Source of the DNA: Tubiluchus corallicola
Lineage: Eukaryota > Animalia > Priapulida
Direction: 5' to 3'
Assembly (NCBI GenBank): GCA_030141605.1
Contig: JAQGDQ010002389.1
Span: forward strand, 1-64,000
Length of the DNA stretch: 64,000 bases
Under the pieces are notes generated by a model. The model saw nothing but the letters and a program-made list of their open reading frames with translations, had not been told where the DNA came from and searched no databases. This document shows positions 40,823 to 51,982 of this stretch, one piece after another (position 1 is the first letter of the stretch; each line of letters opens with the position of its first letter). Position numbers and translations under genes: made by a program.

Positions 40823-42574
40823 ATGCATGTATTTCGCTTTTTTCACACTGTATTAGAAGAAATTTTCCTGTCAATGAAACAGGAAGGCATTTTTCCAAAA
40901 AATCTATCAACAAGCCATTTTTCCGTAGAAAGACCCAAAAACGCCGAGCATGGTGATATTACAACAAATGCTGCTATGGTTCTTTGTAAACAAGCCAAAA
41001 TGCCTCCGAGAGAGCTCGCCAAGAAAATAGTAGAACATCTTGAAAAAAATTCCACGATAAAAACAATTGATATCGCAGGACCTGGATTTATCAATATGCA
41101 TCTCTCAGAAGATTTCTGGTATCAATCTTTGGAAACTATTCTGGAGCAAGGCGTTGATTATGGCAATTCCACTCTGGGCAATAACGAGAAAGTCAATTTG
41201 GAATATGTTTCCGTTAACCCTACAGGCCCCCTTCATGTTGGTCATGCCAGAGGAGCCGTACTGGGAGATGTTCTTGCCGCATTGCTTAAAAAATGCAATT
41301 ATCAAGTAATACGAGAATATTATGTCAATGACTCTGGGGCGCAGATCAACGCACTGGCACACTCTCTTTATATCCGTTATTGCCAAGCCCTGAAACAAAC
41401 AGACCAAGACGTTCCGGAAGGACTCTATCCAGGAGAATATTTAATTCCTATCGCTGAAACCCTAGTGCAGCAGGATGGAGACAAATGGATTCATAAATCT
41501 CAAGAAGAGCGTATGAACTTTTTTCGACAATATGCTGTTGAAACCATGATGGAAATTATAAAAGACGATTTAAAAACACTCGGTGTTCATCATGATATTT
41601 TCGTTTCTGAGGATAGCCTTATAAAAAATGACTATATGAAAAAAGTCCTCGATTCACTCGAGCAAAGAGATCTCATCTATACAGGTGTACTGGAGCCCCC
41701 AAAAGGAAAAGCAGATGAAAACTGGGAACCTAGACCTCAGAAGCTTTTTCGCTCAACGCTTTTTGGAGACACAATGGACCGGCCACTCGTAAAGCCAGAT
41801 GGAACACATACATATTTTGCCTCGGATATCGCCTATCACTATAATAAATTTGAACGTGGCTTTAAAAAAATGATCGATGTACTGGGCGCTGATCATGGTG
41901 GCTATGTAAAACGTATGCTGGCGGCTACTGAGGCATTCTCACAAAAAAAAGCCTCTTTGGATATTCTTCAATGCCAGATTGTGCGATTCTTCGATAATGG
42001 AAAACCCGTAAGAATGTCAAAACGGGCAGGGCAGTTTATCACAATGAGAGAAGTCGTTAACACAATCGGAAAAGATGTTTTCCGATTCATGATGCTCACA
42101 AGAAAAAATGACGCGCAACTTGATTTCGATTTTCAAAAAGTACAGGAGCAATCTAAGGACAATCCTGTCTTTTATGTACAATATGCCCACGCAAGAATCT
42201 GCTCTGTACTACGTCACGCGCAAAAAGAGTTCCCAGAAAATATGACAGAAATTACCGAGCTGAAAAAAGCGGATTTTTCTCTCCTGAAAGATCAAAATGA
42301 AATTAAACTTATCCGCCTAATGGCAGAATGGCCACACCTTGTTGAAAGCGCAGCACAAAAAAGAGAAGCACATAGAGTTGTTTTTTACTTGCAAGATGTA
42401 GCCGCCGTATTCCACGCACTATGGAATAAAGGAAAAGAAAAAACTGAACTTCGTTTTCTCCTGCAGGACAATCTTCCACTTACGCGCGCGCGGCTCGCTT
42501 TGCTACAAGCACTGGCTTTTTCTATCCAATCCGGTCTTGATATTGTTGGCATTAAGGCTACTGAGGAAATGTAA
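40823..42574 (+). CDS. argS: Arginine--tRNA ligase
   Basis: IAGPGFIN, EYVSVNPTGPLHVGHARG, GADHGGY, MSKRAG, YVQYAHAR. Confidence 0.98.
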   Translation: MHVFRFFHTVLEEIFLSMKQEGIFPKNLSTSHFSVERPKNAEHGDITTNAAMVLCKQAKMPPRELAKKIVEHLEKNSTIKTIDIAGPGFINMHLSEDFWYQSLETILEQGVDYGNSTLGNNEKVNLEYVSVNPTGPLHVGHARGAVLGDVLAALLKKCNYQVIREYYVNDSGAQINALAHSLYIRYCQALKQTDQDVPEGLYPGEYLIPIAETLVQQDGDKWIHKSQEERMNFFRQYAVETMMEIIKDDLKTLGVHHDIFVSEDSLIKNDYMKKVLDSLEQRDLIYTGVLEPPKGKADENWEPRPQKLFRSTLFGDTMDRPLVKPDGTHTYFASDIAYHYNKFERGFKKMIDVLGADHGGYVKRMLAATEAFSQKKASLDILQCQIVRFFDNGKPVRMSKRAGQFITMREVVNTIGKDVFRFMMLTRKNDAQLDFDFQKVQEQSKDNPVFYVQYAHARICSVLRHAQKEFPENMTEITELKKADFSLLKDQNEIKLIRLMAEWPHLVESAAQKREAHRVVFYLQDVAAVFHALWNKGKEKTELRFLLQDNLPLTRARLALLQALAFSIQSGLDIVGIKATEEM

Positions 42575-42593
42575 CTAATGAAGGCAACATAAA

Positions 42594-43373
42594 ATGCATA
42601 AGGATCTTGAAGATAAGAAATTTTTACAAGCCCCTTCTCGTGTATTTCTCGACAACGAAAGTTACGGTACACCGCAAAAGAAAAAATTTATCCGACTTCG
42701 TTACCTTATTCTGTTTCTTTTTCTTGGAGTGGGGGTGGGGCTATTGCTTTGGAAAAGCTTTCAGCAAGAAAAAAACTCCACCGTTGATATCATCATAACA
42801 GAAGACGGAACTCCCTTTATACAAGCACCTAAAAAAGCGTTTAAAATTCGCCCAGATGATCCAGGGGGAGGAGAAATTCCCCATAGAGATCGCTTTATCT
42901 TTGAACGACTCGGAGATAATATTGAAAATTTCCCTGCCGAGCAACTCAATGCCAGTATTGAAACATTATCTCATATCATTGATGGGCTCGAAAAACAAGA
43001 AACAGAAAAAGATATAATAAATATTCCTCAGGAATCACACGATCCTTATAAGGAAGACTCCTTGGAAATATTGTTAAAGCAAATTTCTAAAATAGAACCA
43101 AAAGAATCCGCTATGCCCGCGAAAGCTAGTTGGAAAGCACAGATATTCGCAGCCAATTCCGAAGATATTGTTTTGAAATTTTGGGAAAATATTCAATTGC
43201 CTCAAGAGCTTCTCAAAGGCCTGAAAGAGGAAATCACCTTAACTGCACTTGATAATCAATCAACTCTTTTTCGTTTGAGAATCCAAGGTTTTCAAAACAA
43301 ACAGGAAGCTGAACAATTTTGCATAGCCTTACGAAAAAAGCAGCTTGATTGCCTTGTTGTTAAGTCCTCATAA
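42594..43373 (+). CDS. SPOR-domain (FtsN-like) membrane protein
   Basis: N-terminal TM, KIRPDDPGG motif, C-terminal SPOR-like FRLRI..F..AEQFC..L..DCLVV; follows argS. Confidence 0.8.
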   Translation: MHKDLEDKKFLQAPSRVFLDNESYGTPQKKKFIRLRYLILFLFLGVGVGLLLWKSFQQEKNSTVDIIITEDGTPFIQAPKKAFKIRPDDPGGGEIPHRDRFIFERLGDNIENFPAEQLNASIETLSHIIDGLEKQETEKDIINIPQESHDPYKEDSLEILLKQISKIEPKESAMPAKASWKAQIFAANSEDIVLKFWENIQLPQELLKGLKEEITLTALDNQSTLFRLRIQGFQNKQEAEQFCIALRKKQLDCLVVKSS

Positions 43374-43510
43374 TAAAAATAAACCCTATGCTATTGAGAA
43401 TTCATTCTTAAATCCCCATTTATCTATGACATTCAATCAAAATGCGTTACCCTACAAAATTTAAAGAATAGACGATTAAAATTTTTACACCTTGGAGTTA
43501 TCTTGTCCTG

Positions 43511-44182
43511 ATGAATATACATTCGATTACTGATATTAGCCTATGGGCCATTCCTGTCCTTCTCTCTGTTACTTTCCATGAAGCGGCCCACGCATGGATG
43601 GCTGCGAAACAAGGCGACGATACAGCATTGCTTATGGGGCGATTGTCTTTTAATCCTCTTTGCCATGTGCATCCTTTTGGAACAATTATCCTTCCTTTGA
43701 TTCTTTATTTTTCTTCTGCAGGATTTCTCTTCGGGTTTGCAAAGCCTGTCCCTGTCAATTTTCGAAAAGCACGAAACTTCAGGCAAGGTATTTTGCTTAT
43801 CTCTCTTGCAGGCCCTGTCTCAAACCTTATGCTTGCCATCGCTTCAGCTATTTTACTGAAAATTTTATGGACTCCACAAGTAGGAACGGGCTTTATCATC
43901 GCATTTCTTGTTCAGCTTCTTCAAAATATGACTGTCTTGAATATTATTTTGTTTTTATTCAACATGATTCCCATTCCACCTCTAGATGGCGGAAAAGTCC
44001 TTGGGGCTTTACTGCCTCCAGCCTATGGGCGATATTTATTTGCTCTTGAGCGATATAGCATGTTTATCCTTATTGCAATTATTATGCTTTCTGTCACTTT
44101 GAGGGGAACAGTCTTTGATCCACTTCTATGGCTTATCAAAATCCCTTTGACATTTTTTCTGTCGATCATGGGACTTTATTAA
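43511..44182 (+). CDS. Site-2 (M50) intramembrane metalloprotease
   Basis: HEAAH, AGPVSN, FNMIPIPPLDGG. Confidence 0.92.
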   Translation: MNIHSITDISLWAIPVLLSVTFHEAAHAWMAAKQGDDTALLMGRLSFNPLCHVHPFGTIILPLILYFSSAGFLFGFAKPVPVNFRKARNFRQGILLISLAGPVSNLMLAIASAILLKILWTPQVGTGFIIAFLVQLLQNMTVLNIILFLFNMIPIPPLDGGKVLGALLPPAYGRYLFALERYSMFILIAIIMLSVTLRGTVFDPLLWLIKIPLTFFLSIMGLY

Positions 44183-44352
44183 ATCTAGAGCCTTGAAAAA
44201 CAGTAGAAAGGGTAGGGATATTACATCCTCTTGCCAGACAAAAAGAAAACAACTCTTTAAAGCCTGATAAAATTACCATTGTAATCAAATAGGATTCTTT
44301 GCTATTGTATTTCCTTAAAAAAGTAACCTGCCGTGACAATAAGGAAAGAACA

Positions 44353-45636
44353 ATGCTGGATATTCGATGGATAAGAGATAATCCAAAACGCTTTGACCAA
44401 GCTATGGAAAAACGAAACATACCCCCCTGTTCAGAGACTATTTTAAAACTTGATCAAAATCGTCGGAGAGCACAGACTCATGCACAAGAAATACAAGCAG
44501 AAAGAAATAAAATCGCCCAGGAAATCGGCTATAAAAAATCAAAGAAAGAAGATGCCTCACACCTGATTGAAGCCGTCTCTCAATCCAAAATTAAACAGGC
44601 TCAGGCTGAAGAAAAAGCACAGGAAGCGCTACAGGAACTGAATAACTATCTGGCAAATATTCCCAATATTCTTATGGACGATGTTCCCTTGGGAAAAGAC
44701 GATTCAGAAAATCAAGAATATGATACTTACGGAAATCCACCTTCTTTTTCTTTTCCTCCTAAAAATCATAGCGAAATTGGCGAAAGACTCGGAATGATGG
44801 ATTTTGAACGAGCGGCAAAACTTTCTGGTGCTCGATTTGTTCTTCTCTCTGGGGATATAGTACGCCTAGAGCGTGCTATAGCAACATTTATGCTCGATCT
44901 TCATGTACAAGAGTTTGGCTATCAGGAAATCTCAACTCCTGTACTTGTTCGGGAAAAAACACTCTTTGGAAGTGGGCAACTTCCAAAATTTAAAGACGAC
45001 CTTTTTCAAACAACAGATAACCGATGGCTGATCCCAACAGCAGAAGTGACATTAACAAATTTATACGCTGATGAAATTCTTGAGGCGGAAAAACTCCCTC
45101 TGCGCTTGACGGCTCTAACAATGTGTTTTCGCTCTGAAGCAGGCTCTGCCGGAAAAGATACAAAAGGAATGATCAGACAGCACCAGTTCAATAAAGTTGA
45201 GCTTGTGAGCTTTTCCCATCCAAAACAGTCCCTAGAAGAACTTGAGCGCATGACTCACTGTGCAACAGAAGTTCTTCGACGCCTTGAACTTCCTTACCGT
45301 GTTGTCACTCTCTGCTCCGGAAGCACCGGCTTTTGCGCACAAAAAACATATGATATTGAAGTCTGGTTGCCTGCGCAAAACTGCTATAGAGAAATTTCAA
45401 GCTGCTCTCTTTGTGGCGACTTTCAAGCAAGGCGTATGAATACACGGAGCCGCGCTAAAGGGGAGAAGCAAACCCAGTTTCTTCATACGCTAAATGGCTC
45501 TGGTTTGGCTGTTGGGCGTACATTAATCGCTATTTTGGAAAATTACCAGCAGGAAGATGGCTCTGTCAGAATTCCAGATGCCCTGCGACCCTACATGAAA
45601 GGAAGTAAAGTAATCCATCCTATTGCTGTCACATAA
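44353..45636 (+). CDS. serS: Serine--tRNA ligase
   Basis: MLDIRWIR start (ATG 44353), LIPTAEV, FRSEAGS, HQFNKVE, REISSCS, HTLNGSG. Confidence 0.98.
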   Translation: MLDIRWIRDNPKRFDQAMEKRNIPPCSETILKLDQNRRRAQTHAQEIQAERNKIAQEIGYKKSKKEDASHLIEAVSQSKIKQAQAEEKAQEALQELNNYLANIPNILMDDVPLGKDDSENQEYDTYGNPPSFSFPPKNHSEIGERLGMMDFERAAKLSGARFVLLSGDIVRLERAIATFMLDLHVQEFGYQEISTPVLVREKTLFGSGQLPKFKDDLFQTTDNRWLIPTAEVTLTNLYADEILEAEKLPLRLTALTMCFRSEAGSAGKDTKGMIRQHQFNKVELVSFSHPKQSLEELERMTHCATEVLRRLELPYRVVTLCSGSTGFCAQKTYDIEVWLPAQNCYREISSCSLCGDFQARRMNTRSRAKGEKQTQFLHTLNGSGLAVGRTLIAILENYQQEDGSVRIPDALRPYMKGSKVIHPIAVT

Positions 45637-45774
45637 ATATTTTCTTTTTTAGTAACGAATTTTAAATATTTCCTGTGTATAACTTTATAATTAAAGCCAA
45701 AAGTTGTAATTACCTTGTAAGAAACTATATAATAAAATAGAGCAATTCAAAGGGATATGAAAAGGTAGGATTTT

Positions 45775-46995
45775 ATGAAGAAGACACAGAGACTCTCATT
45801 AAAACTAATGTGCATATCTTTATCCATACCATTACTATTGGGAGGATGTGGTGGAATGGAACTTGGAAAAACAAGCACCTCAGCCTATCGAGGAGGTGAA
45901 TATACACCCTTAGAAGTCCATGATGTGCCAAACTATCCCCATTATCGTATTCTTGTTCAATCCGGAGAGACGTTATTTTCTATTGCACAGCAACATAATA
46001 TAACGATTGATGATATTTTGGCTGTGAATAACCTTTCTTCTTCCTATGTTATCTACCCAAATCAGGAATTAATTATTCCTATAAACAGTAAAAATTCTTC
46101 TAATTTCGCACGCTCCTCAATAGAAAAACCATCCTTGACAAAAGTTGCCTTAGGGGCGCCTTTTAGCCTTTCCGAAGATTCCTCTTATACTCATTTTCAA
46201 GAATCTTCTTTATTGCCGATAGAAGAGATCTATGTAGAAGATATTTCTTACCCGGAAAGTAATATGTCTATAGAGGATCCTATCTACCTAGTAGAAAATA
46301 CTGCAGGAAATATATCAGAAATGCCTATTGTTGCTTATCAGCCTGAGATTAAAAATCTCGCTGTGCAAAAAACACCTCACCCTATTGAAAAGCCTACCAA
46401 GAAAATACAGTCTGTTGCACAAAACACTTCTTTTTCTAAGGCTGCAGCTCCTTCTCATACAGTCGCCATACCTGTTGCTAAACCCCAATTAAAGAAGGAT
46501 GTCGATACTGTTGTCACTAAAAACAAAGTGAATCCTGTCGCTAAACCATCACCTGAAAATAAACATTATGCCGCTTCATATACACCAAAACCAGACAAAA
46601 AAATCTCTAAGGTTCAGTCGTTTATGTGGCCTATTGAAGGAGGGGAAATTGTTACAAAATACGGTATTCAGGATGCAGGATTTCATAGTGATGGAATCAA
46701 TATAGCCGCCCCCCTTGGAACACCTGTTTACGCAACAGAAGACGGGCATGTTGTTTATTCCGGTGATGAGCTGAAAAGCTTCGGAAATTTACTTCTTGTC
46801 AAACATGAAGACGGATGGATATCAGCTTATGGACATAACTCAACCTTGCTCGTTTCAACTGATGATTATGTAAGACGGGGACAGATCATTGCCTATGTCG
46901 GACAAACCGGCAATACATCGGAGCCACAACTTCATTTTGAGTTGAGAAAAAATAACCAGTCTATGAATCCTGAAAAATATTTGCAAAATTTATAA
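45775..46995 (+). CDS. nlpD: LysM plus M23 peptidase lipoprotein (NlpD/DipM-like)
   Basis: Lipobox LGGC; LysM VQSGETLFSIAQQH; M23 region GINIAAP, YGH, PQLHFELR. Confidence 0.82.
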   Translation: MKKTQRLSLKLMCISLSIPLLLGGCGGMELGKTSTSAYRGGEYTPLEVHDVPNYPHYRILVQSGETLFSIAQQHNITIDDILAVNNLSSSYVIYPNQELIIPINSKNSSNFARSSIEKPSLTKVALGAPFSLSEDSSYTHFQESSLLPIEEIYVEDISYPESNMSIEDPIYLVENTAGNISEMPIVAYQPEIKNLAVQKTPHPIEKPTKKIQSVAQNTSFSKAAAPSHTVAIPVAKPQLKKDVDTVVTKNKVNPVAKPSPENKHYAASYTPKPDKKISKVQSFMWPIEGGEIVTKYGIQDAGFHSDGINIAAPLGTPVYATEDGHVVYSGDELKSFGNLLLVKHEDGWISAYGHNSTLLVSTDDYVRRGQIIAYVGQTGNTSEPQLHFELRKNNQSMNPEKYLQNL

Positions 46996-47020
46996 AATTT
47001 AGACTCTAAAATCCACTATG

Positions 47021-47056
47021 AAATGGCTGATAGCGCATCTTGCTTCAGCCATTTTG
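47021..47056 (+). terminator. Hairpin terminator after nlpD
   Basis: AAATGGCTGA ... TCAGCCATTT stem followed by T. Confidence 0.55.
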
Positions 47057-47205
47057 ATTCCAGATATATACTCATATCCTATAGGCAAAAATCCGATCCA
47101 TATTTCTTCCTAAAATAGAAGAGAGATTTGCTTTTTAAAAGGCTTTTTGCTATAATTTTAAAATATCCTCTAAAATAAATGGTATATAATTAAGGCATCT
47201 CTTGT

Positions 47206-47931
47206 ATGATTGTTTTACGCTCACTCCTCTTTAATGGTCTATTTTACTTATGGTCAACTTTTGCTATTCTGGCAGGGTTTCTGCTTTTGCCTTTTCCTAA
47301 TACAGTAATACGGCGCTGGGCGATTATATGGGGGAAGGGAACACGATCCTTGCTTAAATTAATATGCTCTATCAATTATGAAATACGAGGAATGGGCAAT
47401 CTTCCACAGTCCGGAGGCTATATCATCGCCAGTAAACACCAATCCGCATGGGAAACAATCGCCCTCTTTAATATGCTGGCGCCTAATCCTTTCTACGCAT
47501 TAAAAGAAGAGCTCAACAGGATCCCTTTCTGGAAAGCTGTCGCTAAAAAATGTGGCGCTATATTTATCAATAGAAAGAATGGAGCACAGTCTCTAAAATT
47601 ACTGATACAACAAAGCGCTGACATCGTACAAAACCAAAAACAACTCATTATATTTCCAGAAGGAACAAGAACAAAACCAGGAGAAACAAAACCCTACTTT
47701 AGAGGCGTTTCAGCAATCTATAAAAAAGCCAATTGCTCAGTCGTTCCGGTCGCCCTTAATTCAGGGCTCTTCTGGCCAAAAGGGAGTTTTATTAAAAAAC
47801 CTGGCACAATTGTTCTGGAGTTTCTTCCTCCCATTTCGCCAGGAGTAGAATCAAAAGAATTCCTTGCTCAACTCCAAGATAATATAGAAAATACGACTCA
47901 AAAATTACTTCTAGAAGCAACAGAACTATAA
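47206..47931 (+). CDS. plsC: 1-acyl-sn-glycerol-3-phosphate acyltransferase
   Basis: KHQSAWET, FINR, IFPEGTR, VPVALNSG. Confidence 0.9.
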   Translation: MIVLRSLLFNGLFYLWSTFAILAGFLLLPFPNTVIRRWAIIWGKGTRSLLKLICSINYEIRGMGNLPQSGGYIIASKHQSAWETIALFNMLAPNPFYALKEELNRIPFWKAVAKKCGAIFINRKNGAQSLKLLIQQSADIVQNQKQLIIFPEGTRTKPGETKPYFRGVSAIYKKANCSVVPVALNSGLFWPKGSFIKKPGTIVLEFLPPISPGVESKEFLAQLQDNIENTTQKLLLEATEL

Positions 47932-47941
47932 GACAATATTA

Positions 47942-48874
47942 ATGGCTCCTTTTTATGTTTCTCGGCAGTTTTTCATAAAGAGTATCATTGTTTTTATACT
48001 CTTATGGGCCCTCTATGGAGGAGTGCTAATAGGGATCGCTATTGTATTCCTTATGAAAACAACTGATTATCAATATGCTAAAATCTCCCTTTATCCACAT
48101 AAAACGTCTATTGCACTTTATCATCTCTCTTTAAAAGAAAATAATATCCATTTCTACGCTCCAAAAGGAAGCGTCCATATCTCTTTTTTAGCTCCCTGGG
48201 AGCTCAGAGGAAACCTCAAAGAAGCCAAAATAAAAACAGTAGATACAGCCATTGAGCTCTCTGCTACAGATGCGCATTTTCAAATGGATTTATTGGCAAA
48301 AGAGCGCTCATCACTTGCATTATATAAAACAATTTTCTCCTATAATCTTGTTCAAATTCATAATGATATTATAAAAATAGGGTATAAAACAGAAACGCAT
48401 CATGATAAAGATTCATCAGCGTATCGTATGGATTTTTATAGCGATAAGAGCTATTTATCTCTACATGGGTTCACAGATGGTCTTATATTTGATGCAATTG
48501 TAGGAGAGTTTAAGGTAACAAAAGCTTTTGATAACAACGCGCATAAATCTACCCTTGTTGAAATCATAACAGCCTCTGCGCTTTTTTCTTCTCTTGCTGA
48601 AGTAAATGACAGCCAGAAGAGCTATATTTCTTTTGAGGGTCTACTGTCATTTGATCCTTTACAAAAATTTCCTGAAGGGAAGATTCTTTTCAATGCCAGA
48701 AGATTAGATGTAATTTTCTCTTTTCTGAAAAAAAATCAATTAATTGATCAAAAAATAGCGTCCATATTATCTCCTTTATCATTGCGTCCTATAGAAAATT
48801 TACCCTTACTATTTCAGGAAAATCACTTAAAAGTTGGTAATATTCCTATCACTATTCCCCTAGGAATCTATTAG
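47942..48874 (+). CDS. Membrane-anchored hypothetical protein (possibly a divergent DUF2125-like protein, by position)
   Basis: 310-aa ORF coupled to plsC; N-terminal TM, beta-rich body, C-terminal LKVGNIPI. Confidence 0.5.
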   Translation: MAPFYVSRQFFIKSIIVFILLWALYGGVLIGIAIVFLMKTTDYQYAKISLYPHKTSIALYHLSLKENNIHFYAPKGSVHISFLAPWELRGNLKEAKIKTVDTAIELSATDAHFQMDLLAKERSSLALYKTIFSYNLVQIHNDIIKIGYKTETHHDKDSSAYRMDFYSDKSYLSLHGFTDGLIFDAIVGEFKVTKAFDNNAHKSTLVEIITASALFSSLAEVNDSQKSYISFEGLLSFDPLQKFPEGKILFNARRLDVIFSFLKKNQLIDQKIASILSPLSLRPIENLPLLFQENHLKVGNIPITIPLGIY

Positions 48875-49484
48875 CCTTACAGAAAAATATAATAGGCTTT
48901 TATAATCCTGCCACAAATAAGCTATGGCATTTTAAAAAGATTAATATTCCAAAGAGTAGGGTGCTCTTAATTCTCATTTTTCTCATGCGCACTAATGAGA
49001 GAGCTGCTATAGGGTAAAAACATTTTCTGTAAACTGTTGAAGAGAATTCTGACAGCAAAAATATTGTCTGCCATTGTTTATTGCTGCTTAACCGAAAAAT
49101 GGCTGGTGAAAACAAACAGCCAGATAGTGTATAGATTCTTCGAAAAAATTAAGGCTGTGGATTGTGATCGTTTAGAGATTCAAAATAATATTAATTTACA
49201 GCATTAAAATCCATCTCATATAGTTAAAAAATAAAATAATAATTTATTCTTAATTATTTGCAATTTATGTATTATTTATAATTTAACATAATATAAATTA
49301 TGCGACAATTTTCAAGCTATAAAAGAGCGAACAATAAAGTATGTATATTGAAGCGTTATCGCTATAGAATTAAAATAATAACAAACTTCAAGAGTGTTAT
49401 GTCACCTATTACCATCCAAAATACTTTTTTGACGAAACTTCTATAAACCCTCTCTTGTAATACTTTCTTTATTACCAGCCTATA

Positions 49485-49720
49485 TTTGATATAGCTATAT
49501 AAATCCTTTTCACTTGGATATATTTTCTCTAATAGGATTACTAGCTGGTGATAGTAATAGAAAATATAGCAAGATATCCTCTGCCTTTCTGAACAAACTT
49601 GTCCTTCTTTTCTCTTGTAGAAATATGGCATTGCTTATGAAGATGAACATATTTTAGCCAGCCTAGATAACAAGCCTTCCACTTCTTATATCAAAAAATA
49701 TCCGCATTGATAGTGCTATA
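49485..49720 (-). pseudogene. Possible highly decayed IS630-family transposase fragment
   Basis: Broken frames read TINADIF..W and ISNAIF..LLYFLLLSPASNPIRENISK*KGFI, resembling MDNAxFH..LLFLPPYSPDLNPIExxWxxLK. Confidence 0.3.
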
Positions 49721-49721
49721 T

Positions 49722-50155
49722 GAAGCTGGTTTGGTATATATGGCATCTTTCAGAAATTTTAAACAATCCTGAAGTAATGGGTTGGATTTTAGAGAGTTTG
49801 GTTAAGCTTTACCAGTATGGATATGATGCACGGAGGAAAATGTTCTTATTCCTATGCAGACGGATGGAAAGGATCTTACAGGTCAGATTTTTCAGTGGGA
49901 TGAATATTATGGGAAGAAAGGAAGAAAGTTCCAAAGATCAACTTTATTATTGGACCATGCTATTCCCTATGATCGCGGGTATTCATTGACAAATGGTATA
50001 CGTCTATGATGTGTGCTCCGGAAGATTCCTAAGTGATTTGGCATGGGAAATATTGGTGTTAATCCATATGCTGTTCATTATTTAAATATGAAAACCATAC
50101 TTGATGATCCTAAGGCTATTTTTCTATTGATCGATATTTTTCATGCTACAAAACA
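49722..50155 (+). pseudogene. Decayed inverted partial copy of the PL2 pectate lyase gene
   Basis: With two frameshifts and two TGA stops it reads GLVYM/HLSEILNNPEVM..QYGYDA/EENVLIPMQTDGKDLTGQ..LLLDHAIPY..DDPKAIFLLIDIFHATK, matching about 54727-55157 on the minus strand. Confidence 0.93.
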
Positions 50156-51918
50156 AGCTGACAGCGAGTAAAATATTTCCGACTACAAGTGGATATTGAT
50201 GCTATTTGTGCCATTTTTATTCTTACACGCCGTGAGAACATACTTTAATTTGTGTATAACTACATATGCGCTATATCATTAGAAAAGCCCATAAATAATA
50301 AGACATTCCCTATCTTCATACAATCTAATTAGAGTCCGACAACACACCCTTTTCGTATTGCTGTAGAATTTTTGTTGTAGGAGCGTAAACTCCCAAATAG
50401 CGAGCATACACCAATATGATCATGAACATAAAAAGCTAACGGCTAGCATATCAAGTCTTAGTTATCCTCTTATTGGGCGTTTTCTTATGTTTTTGGCTTT
50501 TATAAGCCAGTATGCAGTCATGCTATCATAACATTATCCCCTCTATCCTAATATTAAAGTGAGCTTCATTCCTCTTGATCATTGTAATACTTTGTTTCTT
50601 ATGAACGGGAAAGAGTTTAGAGCCATAAATCTGATGAGCAGACAATCCTTGAATATAATCAATTTATAGCGTATTGGCCGTATTTACGTCTCTTTCCAAG
50701 CAGCCGCAGAAGTAGCATTAAAGTTCGTTAGGAAAATTATATTACTGTAAAAAGAATTATAGAAAGTAAATATATTTAAAAAACATAAATATAACCAACG
50801 TCTTATTTGCCTTCTAAAGGATTCAACAGACTTTTTTCAATACATAAAGCATCTTCAGAAACATGCATATTCCTGCGGTTTTCGGCAGTGAGTTAACTTT
50901 CTTCAGGTCAGAAGCAGAAACGCCTATTAAAAATAGAGCGAATGCTTACGGATTTTGGAAGGGGTAATTATATGGTTTATAATATATGTGCGCTTTCTAA
51001 GATTCAGTTGCATTAAGTTATTGGGAATCCATGTTTTTGGAAGAATTTATTTTGCCGTTACCCATGAGGATATAGATGGAATTTACACAGGAAGTGATGA
51101 TGTAGATACTATGGTATTGATTGTTTTGATAAGTTCACAGACGGAAACAACGAGTATTTCTATTGGCCAGGTAGCTGATAATAGCGATTTTATTGCATCT
51201 GGAGAGGGATTTATGCTTCCTTCCTTAATTCCTTCTTAAAATATTATTCACCTTGATAGCGTGATCTTAAAATACTGACATTATTAATGCCACTTGCCTC
51301 TATCATAAAGATCTAAGAGCGTTAAAGCCATAATAGATAAAAGATATGAAAATTGCATTAAAAATCCCCTACTCCTGCCTCTTTTTCCTTTTAAGGCAAA
51401 AGAATTCATTGAAGTGAAAAACGGGCCTTTGTTCTTAAGGAATATTTTATTTTCTGAAAGAGGGTCTTTGGAAAAAGAGAGAAGATATAAAGATAGGAAC
51501 GATACAAAAAGAATTGGCATGTTTATACATATATAACAACACAATAAACCATTATATATAATGCAATATATTAATATCGTTCTTTTTTTAAAAACAACGC
51601 GATAAAGTTGGTTGTTTTCTACATAAAACATCACAAAAATAACTATATAACAAATGGATATAAATATTTATCAATGTAAAACATTAATAAATTAAAAAAC
51701 ATCTCATTAAACAACATATGAATAGCATTTTTCTTCAATATTTTTCCATTACTTCAATCACGTATAAATCAATATAAAAATATCTTGGAAATAGAGCTAT
51801 AACTTACCTTCTTATTTAAATGTCTCTACAGGCATCTTTTAGCTACCACACTCATCCCCTCTCCTTTTTCTTCTTTGTTCCTTGGCTTGTTTCGATTTTA
51901 TTCATGCTTGAGGCATGA

Positions 51919-51935
51919 TTGGCATCCTTTTTGCT
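51919..51935 (+). promoter_or_regulatory. Sigma54-type -24/-12 promoter
   Basis: TTGGCATCCTTTTTGCT has exact GG-N10-GC spacing, 47 nt upstream of ATG 51983. Confidence 0.6.
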
Positions 51936-51982
51936 CCTATAAAAACAACTCACAAACATAATTAAGCAAAAGGATCATAAAT

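Noticed and set aside
2127-48874. Many short ORFs overlapping or antisense to core genes (e.g. 2127-2456, 27452-27925, 38759-39166, 43660-44049)
   Set aside because: Shadow frames of well-supported genes, with no motifs or RBS support.
50955-51239. 94-aa ORF with an acidic Gly/Asp stretch (DIDGIYTGSDDVDT) as an RTX adhesin relic for the LapG-like protease
   Set aside because: No true GGxGxD nonamers and a weak TTG start; too little evidence.
48900-51634. ORF-track calls 48900-49115, 49362-49631, 49720-49989 and 51284-51634 as genes
   Set aside because: Low-complexity AT-rich frames; 49720-49989 is explained as part of the PL2 pseudogene.
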